Part shown: positions 10,101 through 18,000 of the stretch, piece after piece
Numbering within the stretch: the stretch's first letter is position 1
Layout of the letters: the number at the start of each line of letters is the position of its first letter
From: Rebecca billardiae RCC1528
Taxonomy: Eukaryota > Protista > Haptophyta
Assembly (NCBI GenBank): GCA_965240325.2
Contig: OZ251226.1
Coordinates: 434,001 to 498,000 of the forward strand
Length of the DNA: 64,000 nt
Direction of reading: 5' to 3'
The notes under the pieces: model-generated
What the model was told of the DNA's origin: nothing
What the model saw: only the letters and a program-made list of their open reading frames with translations
Databases searched by the model: none
Translations under genes and position numbers: made by a program

Positions 10101-10376
10101 GGCGACGCGCGCAAGCAGCAGGCGGCCGAGGCGGGCGCGCTTGGCGCGGTGGTGGGCGCGATGGGCGCACACACGGCGCACGCGGGCGTGCAGGAGCAGG
10201 CGTGCATGGCGCTCGTCAACATCTGTGATGGCGGCGATGCGGCTGGCCTCGCGCGCTCGCAGCAGGCGGCGAACGCAGGCGCGCGTGCAATGCTCGTCGC
10301 TGCGCAGGAGGCACACCGCACCTCCGCACTGATCCAGGACCTGTCAGACAGGATGCTGAAGAACCTGAAGCATTAA
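4191..10376 (+). CDS. EDR1/CTR1/ARMC3 peptidase-like domain + TKL-type protein kinase + 29 armadillo repeats; intronless
   Basis: PLGEISHGVCRHRALLFKVLCD and HAWNVV..IVDVM mark the EDR1/CTR1 N-terminal domain. Kinase motifs: LGSGGFG, VAVK, HYDVKPANVLL, LADVGLA, APE, DIFS. ARM-type repeats AEAGALGAVVGAM..H...GVQ..AC.AL.NIC. First ATG at 4191. Confidence 0.9.
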   Translation: MSPASLVGEEVVIIGSGARARVSECIGDGRLVLAPGSTIRDVRPDRVLALPLAPSSARYFNEHNLDFDTRVGDGFVDPGIWMSSDAALPAPEDLARRHAGSPGGCEVLVVDTRIDAALRDHIEVARSRLQPITDKRDRIKVLGAHVSELLGGFAGNLVEECKHDIYALVQAKGSILVPLGEISHGVCRHRALLFKVLCDAVGIECALVRGDFAGNRSAGRHAWNVVHVYGSAHIVDVMHRPGEIYRRDDEEKCARYHRFAERGAGGAAQHHGAGLNSLPAPAPRPEWYVRPAEVEIERGADGGEVLLGSGGFGRVYAARLGGAQPVAVKRLNAAGSQARSEFEREVAMLHQLRHAHIVSFYGACDVQENLMIITERMRGGSLSDALAIEPTRVAWAAVGQRIALHVALALHYLHTLEPPVVHYDVKPANVLLTEDYGLAKLADVGLARTKSHSRVTVPGFTLAFAAPEVLLGRHASEKADIFSAGVLVEVLLTQQQPNGRARARLPAGTPVAVRRLQERCLREEPVLRPSASELVVALEGAAHAADAAERALGGAAAVRAAPHMAAQPSLHEPPVAVAGPAAAAVLGSAALAAMGWAELCAAIHTATSDPATAECAVRVAATRTRSETEARQHAAEAGALGAVVGAMRAHTANAGVQEQACRALANICAGTDTAVDAREQQAAEAGALGAVVGAMRAHTAHAGVLEQACRALVNICAGTDSSGLTREQQAAEAGALGAVVGAMGAHTAHAGVQQYGCWTLVNICAGTDAAGYARKQQAAEAGALGAVVGAMGTHMARAGVQEQACAALRNICDGGDAAGLVRKQQAAEAGALGAVVGAMGAHTAHTGVQQYGCWALRNICWGGDAAGDARKQQAAEAGALGAVVGAMGAHTAHAGVQEQACAALRNICDGGDAAGLARKQQAAEAGALGAVVGAMGTHTAHAGVQQYGCWTLVNICAGTDAAGYARKQQAAESGALGAVVGALGTHMARAVVQEQACAALRNICDGGDAAGLVRKQQAAEAGALGAVVGAMGAHTAHTGVQQNGCWALRNICWGGDAAGDARKQQAAEAGTLGAVLSAMGAHTAHAGVQEQACAALRNICDGGDAAGLARKQQAAEAGALGAVVGAMGAHTAHAGVQQYGCWTLVNICAGTDAAGLARKQQAAEVGVLGAVVGAMGAHTAHAGVQQYGCWTLVNICAGTDAAGYARKQQVAEAGALGAVVGAMGTHMARAGVQEQACAALRNICDGGDAAGLARKQQAAEAGALGAVVGALGAHTAHAGVQQYGCWTLVNICAGTDAAGYAHKQQAAEAGALGAVVGAMDAHTAHTGVQQYGCWALRNICFGGDAAGETRKQQAAEAGALGAVVGALGAHTAHAGVQEQACAALRNICDGGDAAGLARKQQAAKVGVLGAVVGAMGAHTAHAGVQQYGCWTLVNICAGTDAAGYAHKQQAAEAGALGAVVGAMGTHMARAGVQEQACAALRNICDGGDAAGLARKQQAAKVGVLGAVMGAMGAHTAHAGVQQYGCWTLVNICAGTDAAGYAHKQQAAEAGALGAVVGAMCAHTAHTGVQQYGCWALRNICFGGDAAGDARKQQAAEAGALGAVVGALGAHTAHAGVQEQACAALRNICDGGDAAGLARKQQAAKVGVLGAVVGAMGAHTAHTGVQQYGCWALRNICWGGDAAGETRKQQAAEAGALGAVVGALGAHTAHAGVQEQACAALRNICDGGDAAGLARKQQAAEAGALGAVVGAMGAHTAHTGVQQYGCWVLRNICWGGDAAGDARKQQAAEAGALGAVVGAMGAHTAHAGVQQYGCWTLVNICAGTDAAGYAHKQQAAEAGALGAVVGAMCAYTAHTGVQQYGCWALRNICLGGDAAGDARKQQAAEAGALGAVVSAMGAHTAHTGVQEQACAALRNICDGGDAAGLARKQQAAEAGALGAVVGAMGAHTAHTGVQQYGCWVLRNICWGGDAAGDARKQQAAEAGALGAVVGAMGAHTAHAGVQEQACMALVNICDGGDAAGLARSQQAANAGARAMLVAAQEAHRTSALIQDLSDRMLKNLKH
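6084..10259 (+). repeat. Tandem array of 29 x 144 bp (48 aa) near-identical coding repeats
   Basis: Counted unit by unit from the translation; 29 x 144 = 4176 bp fits 6084-10259 exactly, with no indels. Confidence 0.95.
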
Positions 10377-11064
10377 GCCAGCATATGGCCAAACGTGATG
10401 CCTCGGTACGTAACTTGACTACTACTATACTCTGCGCATACTCGACTGCGCATCATCCAGGTGCCAACTGTCGTCCCGCGGCGCGAAGCGTGTCCGCACT
10501 GGGACTCCCACTCATTTCCGCATGGGGCCGGTACGCTAGACACAGTCATCGAGCCCGCTACTCTCGCTGCTCGTCTGTAGCCCGGCCCGTCGTCTCATGT
10601 GATACCGTGGACTCGGTATATGCTGCCGCTGTGCGCACAAATCGCAGGACCCGGTGGGCTGGATGCGCTCGTCTGCCATTCAGCTGTGACGGGTAGGAAC
10701 TGCCAGCGATGGGCGCATGCAGCGCGTGCTCCAGCCTCAAGGCGGGCGAGACCACGACCTGCTACGCGGGCTCGCGGGCGCATGGATTGTCAAGCTCGCA
10801 CACGTGATGACGCACTCTCTCTACTGTACACGTGCTCGCTCTTGAAGGAGCACAAGGGCAACTGTCGAGGGAGGCCACGCTGCGGTCGCCATCGCTTTGC
10901 CGCCTTGTCGACTTCACGTCCAGTGACGTCCACCCTCGCCAGTCGGCCTGAGTGGCAGCCGGTGCGACTGTGTGTGCGCCGACTTGCTCGCGTGAGCCGC
11001 GGCTGCCAGGCAACTCTCGGCGGATTGTCGAGCGGGCATCATAGCTCGCGCGATCGGACGCCGC

Positions 11065-11788
11065 ATGCCGCGCCTCTACTTCGTGCGCCACGGGGAGGCG
11101 CTGCACAACCCGTTCATCGTGCGCGGCAAGAGGGACAATGACGAGGCCGTGCTGCGCGAGGGCAGGTCGATCCTCAACCCGAGGTAGGGCGGGTGGAGCT
11201 GCGCGCGCGCGCGCCGTGTGGGACGGTGCACTTGCACGGCGCTCACGCCCGCGTCCCCGCCCTCGCGCCGCGCGCAGCCTGACGGAGGTGGGGCAGGAGC
11301 AGGCGCGCGCGCTCGCGCGCAAGCTGGAGGCGGATGGCATGCATTTTGACCTGCTCGTCACGACGCCTCTCGCGCGGACGATTGAGACGTCGCACATGGC
11401 GTTTGGCAAGTGCTGTGACAAGTTCGTGCTCACGCCGGAAGCCACGGAGACGGCGGAGGAGCGGCTGGGCGGGCCGCAGCGCGGTTGGAGCGTGTCGGAG
11501 ACGCGCGCCAAATACCCGTTCCTGGAGAGTTGGGATCTGTCTGCCATCAAGGAGGGGAGCAACTGGGTGCTCGGGGACGAGTCCGTGCTGGGCGGCGCGG
11601 GCTGGTTCAACCCGACGCCGATCGGCGAGCGCCTCGGCCCGCTGAAGGCGTGGCTCCAGGCGCTGCCGCACGACAGGGTCGTCGTGGTCGGCCACTCGGG
11701 CGTCTTTGACAAGCTGCTTGGGCTGCAGATGGGGAACTGCGAGCTGGTCGAGCACGCGTTTGACACAGCAGAGGGCACGGCTGGATGA
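11065..11788 (+). CDS. Histidine phosphatase / phosphoglycerate mutase family protein; exons 11065-11183, 11278-11788
   Basis: LYFVRHGEALHN (RHG motif), LTEVGQEQA, TPLARTIET and VVVGHSG. A GT..AG intron at 11184-11277 restores the frame. Confidence 0.88.
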
Positions 11789-12097
11789 CGCGCTCACGGC
11801 GTGCTCGGGCACAGCCTACTGCCGCCTCGTCGCCCGCCAGCGCTGCACCGTCTGGTCAGCCACCTAGCCCGCCCGCTGTCACGGGTCACGGGGGCATGCC
11901 GACGAGCGTCGGCATTTCGTTGATGCTGGATTCAGCCTCGCCCGGGTATCTTCGATAACGAACTACCGCCGGGTGAGCGGGTTTGTTACAAGGTCGACAC
12001 AGCCTGTACGCACGGGACTGTACTACGGCCGGCATCGCGCTCATCTCCCCGCCCGTGGCCAAAGCGTGCGTAGTCGGCGCGACGTGGGCCGCGGGCG

Positions 12098-15000
12098 ATG
12101 AGCTTCGGCGGCGGGCACCTGCCGCAGCAGGCCAACTTGGCCGCGCTCTTACAGCACGAGACGGAGGTGACGATCGAGCGCAAGCTCGTGCACATCCTCA
12201 CGCTGCCGATCGCGCAGTGGACTGACGTGCAGCGTCGCTTTGCGCTCGCGGTCGTGCGCTCGCTCCCGTGCGACTTGTTCGCCGCGCTCGACGACCGGGC
12301 GATGGAAGCGTTCATCCTGCCGCACCTGCGCGTGCGCGCATTCCACGCCGAGCCGTCGCCCGCGGGCCAGCACGCCCCAACGCTCTCGGCCGCACGCGAG
12401 CTTCCTGGCGCCGAGGCGGAGGCGGCCGCCGTCGACGACGGCTCCGCTGAGCAGCTGCGTGCAGAGGAAGAGCCGCTGCCAGTCGAGGACTCGGGCGCGA
12501 TCGTGCTCCCGGGCGAGCCGCCCGCGGCCGTCTACGTCGTGCTCAACGGCGAGGTCACGCTCGACGAGCCGAAGATCTCGCACGCTGGCTTGTCGCTGGG
12601 CGGCGCGGCCGAGCCGGCTGGCGGTACGGTCGGGTCTGTGGGCGCGCTGCTCGCGACGAGGCGCTTGAAGCGCTGGTCGCAGCAGTCCCGGCGGTCGTCG
12701 CAGACCTCCGCTGGCCCCGAGAAGCCGCAGCGTCCCGCGCCGCCGGGCGCCGCCGAGCAGGCGCTGCCGCCGGACATTCGGCGCGTGCGGCTGCGCGCAG
12801 GCGGCTCGTTTGGCGTGTTCGAGCTGAGCACGTACGAGAACGCGAGCAGCTGCTACGCGTACGTGGAGCCGCAGCCGGGCGCGAGCGGCACGGCCGCCCA
12901 GCCCGCGGCGCCGCCGAGCCAGCCCCGCGCCGCGCCGCGCGCGGCGGTCCTCGAGCTGCCCGCGGCTGCGTTCCGGGCGTCGCCTCTGTTCGCGCTCGTC
13001 TCGGCGCGGATGCGCGAGACGGTGGCGCTGCTCAAGTCGACGGACTTCTTCGGCAGCTGGGACGAGCGCGGGCTCGCGCGGCTGCACTTCGTGATGCACC
13101 GCCGGCTGCTGCAGCCGGGCGAGCTCGCCTTCTCGCAGGGCGACGAGGCCAACGAGTGCTTCGTCATCTGCAAGGGCGCGTGCGCCGTGCTCGTGCGCGC
13201 GTCCAAGTCGGCGTCGCGCCAGGCGGCGCGGCAGCGCGCGGCGAGCCGGGCGCACGCGCGCTCGGACGCCGGCTGCTTCCACAGCACGCACTGGACGCCC
13301 CCGCCCGCGGACGAGGAGGAGGACGACGACACGTTCAGGCGGAGCGGCGACTCTCGTCGGAGCGAGGGCGGGCGCTGGCGCCGCTGGGCGTCGGGCTCAC
13401 TCGACGAGCCGCCGGCGCAGCCGTCCGCGGCCGAGGCGCCCACGCCCCCGGACTCGCCGCGGCTCACCGGCTCGGCCGAGGCGGCGTGGGAGCAGGAGGA
13501 GATCGAGGAGGCGCTCAAGACGGAGTTTGACGTCGCGGAGACGGTGAGCGCCCGCTGCGGAGGGCGCCGGGCGGCTGGCGCGCTGCGCTGGCCCCGCGCG
13601 CGCGCCGCCGGCCCGCGCGCCCACGGCTGCGACTGCTGGGCCTGCCGGCCGGCTGGGTCGCCCTGTGCGGTGCTCGCGCGCGCTCGCCGCGCGCGCCGGC
13701 GGGCCGCTCTCACGCGCGACCTGCGCCCCCGCCGCGGCGCGCGCCAGGCGCGCAAGCTGGCCATTCTCGCCGCGCTGGGCGAGCTCAAGCGCAGCCGGCA
13801 CGCCCGGATGATGAGCGCGGCCACAGCCAGCTTCCGGATCCGGCAGCGGGACGGGCGCAGAAAGAGCCTCGGCGTGCTCAAGCTCGGCGCCGAGGGCGCC
13901 GAGGGCGCCGACGGCTCGGACCAGCCGGCCCCGGGCCAGCCGGCCAGCCCTGCCCGCTGGCTGCGGAAGCTGTCCCTGCTGCCCGAGGACGGCCGGGCCG
14001 CCCCTGGCACCGGCGCCCCGGAGCAGCGGCAGCAGCTGCCGGAGCAGCCGCCGCAGCCGCAGCGTCCCGCGCGCGCGGACGGGGCCGCCAGGAGCGGCGC
14101 CGGCGACTCGGCGGAGTGGAGCTCCGCGGGTGGCGACGGTGGCGCTGAAGGGGCGCGCGAGCAGCGCGAAGCAGGCGGCGCCGCGCCAGGGCGCACGTCA
14201 CAACCCGCCTCGCCCGCGCCGCCGGACGCCACGCCCGCGAGCGCGCCGCGAGCTGCGAGCCCCGCGCCGCCGCAGCCGTCGCAGCTGTCGTCGGCGGCGC
14301 CCTCGTCGGAGCCGCCGATTGCACCGGCGGCGGCGGCGGCACTCCCCGAGCCTCCGCCGCCGCCGCTGACCATGTCCCTGGACACGGACCTCGCCTCCAC
14401 CTCCGCCAGGCTCGAGATGGACATTCTCGTCCGAGCGAGGCTGCCCGATGGGATGCGCGCCCCGCTGGCGGCGGTGCAGGCCGACGGCTCGCCTCGCGCA
14501 CGGCCGGGGGCAGCGGCTGCAGGGGCGACACCGGGCGGCGAGCCTCCGGCCGCGCGCGCGGCGGCGGGGGCTGCCGCCGCACCGGCAGACGAGCCCGCGC
14601 CCGCGCAGGCAGCCACGGCGGACGCCGCCGCGCCGGCCGACGCGTCACCTCGCGCACGGCCAGAGGCGGTGCTGCACGCCTCAGCACCAGGCAGCGCGCC
14701 CGCGCCGGCGGGAGTGGCAGGCGCCGCCGCGCCGGGCGGCGAGCTCGCGGTGGCGCAGGCGGTGGCGGAGGACGCAGCCGCACCGGCCGACGCCTCAGCC
14801 CGCGCACAGCCGGGCGCAGAGGATGCAGCCGCACCGGGCGGCAAGCCCGCGCCCGCGCCCGCGCCGGCGGAGGCAGCGGACGCCGCCTCACCGGCGGCCG
14901 CGGCTGCGGAGAGCGGCGGCGGAGGCAGCCCCCGCCATCTCAGCGCCGGCGCGCCGAGCGCCGCCGCCGCCGCCGCCGCCGCCTCCAGCGAGCCAACCAG

Positions 15001-18000
15001 CCGAGCGGAGAGCCAGGGCGGTGCTGCATACACCGAAGCAGCGGACGGCCCGCGAGCAGCCACCGCGGACGCAAGTGCCGGCGTGCGCTCGGCAGCGAGC
15101 GCCCGCGGGCCCGCGGCCGGCCCATCGCCGAGCGGCGCGGCGGCGCGCGGCGGCGCGCATCGCCGGACCAGCGTGGGTGGGCTCGGCCGCCCCAGCCCGC
15201 ACCGCCGGCCGTCGCTCAGCCCCGGCTGCGGCTCGTCGTCGCTCGTGCCGGCCTCGCCGCAGCGCGCGAGCGTCCGCCGCCCGTCTCTGGCGTCCGCCTC
15301 CGCCTCGCCGCAGCTCGCGGCCGGCCAGCCGCTCGCTCGGCTGTGCCGCCAGGCCTCGGCGAGCTCGATCGGCTCAGGGTCCGAGTGCGCCGCCGCCGCC
15401 GCCGCCGCGGAGGGCGCGGGCGGCGCGGAGGGCGCGTCGGCCATCCTGCACGAGCTGGAGAGCGCCCTGGCCGCGGAGGAGAGCCGCGCGCTCAGCCGCC
15501 GCCCCTCGCGCGACGAGGGCGGCACGACCAGCTTCTCGTTGCGCCGCCGGCCGTCGGTGCCGGAGGAGTCACTCGGGACTCTGCTGCGGCGGCAGCCGTC
15601 GCTCCCGGCGCACCCGAGCGGCGGCGGCCCGGCCCCGCTCGGGCTGCGGCGGCAGTCGTCGATTCCGGCGCAGGGCGGCGGCCCCGTCGTCGCGCTGCGC
15701 CGCCAGACCTCCATCCCGGCCGCGGTGCCGGCCGCTGCCTCGGCGGCGCTCGCGCCGGGGTGCGCCGGCGCGGGCGGCGCGAGCTGGCGCGGAGGCGGCA
15801 GCCGCGGCACTGCCGCGGGCGCTGAGGGCGGCTCGGTGCAGCAGCGCGACGGCGGCATGGCGGCGTTCGAGCCCGCGCAGCCGGGGCTCTCCACCCCACC
15901 GTCGCGCCCCGGCACCGTCGGCCAGCCCGCGCGCCCCGGCAGCGTCGGCCGGCCGTGGTGGGCGGCGCGGCTGAGCCTGAGGCAACTGCTGGAGGCCGAG
16001 CGCGCGGGCGCGGCGCTCGGCGGCGCGGGCGCGGCCGAGGAGGAGGCCGGCGCCGACGAGCTGGGCGGCGGCGGCGTGGTTGCGGGCGTGGGGCTGGCGG
16101 AGGACGTCGCGCTCGCGCAGCGCATGGCGCCGGCGCCCGGCGCGCCCGCGGCCGCGCCGGGTGTGCTCGGCGCCGCCCCGTCGCGCGCGCCGCCGTCCGC
16201 GCCGCCCAGCGCGACGCTGCGCGTGGCGCGCGCGATGCGCGCCGCGGCGCGCGCGGCGACGTGGTTCGGCCGCGACGGCGAGCCGGCGCTCCCGCGCGGC
16301 AGCGCCGTCGGCCCGAAGGGCGGCGTCACCGGCATCGCCGCCGCGGCCAGCGCCGTCGCTTCCTCCGGCCGGCAGGTGGCCACGCTGCTGCCGGGCGCGC
16401 TGGTGGGAGAGATTGCGATGCTCTTCCGAGGCGAGCGGCGCAACGCGAGCATCCGCGCGCTCGAGCGCACCGAGGTGCTGGCGCTCTCGCGCGCGGACTT
16501 CAACGACCTCGAGCCGAGCAGCCTGGAGCTCATCCGCGCGGAGGCGCTGTGGCGGCTCGCGTGCTCCAAGCCGGCGGGGCAGCGCTCGGCCGCCGAGCTC
16601 GGGACGCTGAGCGCGCGCGTCGCCGCCCTTCCCTTCTTCGCAGCGCTGCACCCGGCGGCGTGCCTGGCGCTGTGCCAGGCGATGCACTACCGCAGGGTCG
16701 CCGCGGACGCGATCGTGATGCGCGAGGGCACGCCGCCCAGCTCGATGCTCGTCGTCGTCTCCGGGCAGTGCGCCGTCGCGCGCGACACGGCGAGCGCGAA
16801 CCGGCGCGCGCGCGCGGCGGGCGTGCGCAGCGCGCAGCTGGAGGAGGTGGCGGCCGAGCCCTCGGATGCGGCCGCGCGCGAGCCCGCGCGCGCCGAGCCG
16901 GCCGGCGCGGAGGACACGCACCTCAACCCGTGGACGGGCACCGCGGCGCGCGAGGCGTGGCGCCGCCGCTCCGCCGTCCCGGCGCTCCTCGACCTCGACG
17001 CGCACTTGGCGGCGCGCGCGCGGCGCACGCAGAGCGTGCGCTACGCGCCGCCGGCCGCGCTCGCAAAGTTGATCGGGCAGCGACCCATCTCGCAGCTGTG
17101 GCAGCAGCCGCACGCGGCGCACGCGGCGGCGGCGGGCGCGCACGCGCAGCCGCACGCGCCCGCGCGGCGCCACCGCCGCGCCTCGCAAGGCTTGACGGCG
17201 CAGCGCGCGCGCAAGCTCGCCGCAGCGAGCGGCGGCGCCGGCGGCGGCGCCGGCGGCGCCGACGGCGGCGCGGACGAGCCGGGAGGCCGCGCCGCCGGCG
17301 CCGCCGAGGCCGAGGGCGAGCTCAGCCGCTCGCTCGGCGGCGTCGAGTCCAGCGCGCTGATGGCGTCGCCGGGGCGCGGCGCGGAGGAGGCGACGCGCGC
17401 GCGCCGCCCAGGCTCCGGCGCGCACTCCGCGGCGGGCTCGGCGGGCGGCGGCGACGGCGAGCCAAGCGCAGAGGAGCGCGCGGCGATGGCCGCGACTGAG
17501 CTCGAGGGTGCGATCGCGGGCGGCATGACGCACGCGCTGAGGGAGGAGGAGGGCGGCGGCGCGGACACGGTCGCGCTGCCGGGCGACGCGCTGGGCGAGC
17601 TCTCGCTGCTCCTCCGCGTGCCGCACGACTGCACCGCGCTCGCCACCGAGACAGCCGAGCTATTTGAAATCCCGGCCGAGGCATACGAGGCGGTGCTGAG
17701 GCGCGCGCACCGGCGCGAGCTTGGCGCGCTGCTGGGGCTGCTGGGGCAGAGGGTGGTGCCGCTGAGCCACGTGCCGAGGGCAGAGATCGCGGTGTCGCTG
17801 CCGCTGTTTGGCGGCACGAGCGGCGGCGTCGGCGGCGCGGCCGCGCACGACGCGCACGGCCGCGAGCTCGCGCGCGCGGCCGGCCTCACTGCGGTCGCGC
17901 AGCTCACGGCGGTGGCGTCCGGCGCGGCGGCGGGCGGCGGCGGCGGCGGCGGCGGGCTCGAGCTCGCGCGCCGCACGACGTGCTCGGCGGGCCAGCTCGT

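Noticed and set aside
6084-10259. CRISPR array or TALE gene
   Set aside because: Units are contiguous in-frame coding repeats with no unique spacers, and they have an ARM consensus of 48 aa rather than the 34-aa TALE repeat.
5495-10332. Long antisense and alternate-frame ORFs over the ARM array (e.g. 5547-10316, 1589 aa)
   Set aside because: Shadow ORFs: a stop-free 144-bp GC-rich unit is repeated, so other frames stay open. No independent protein features.
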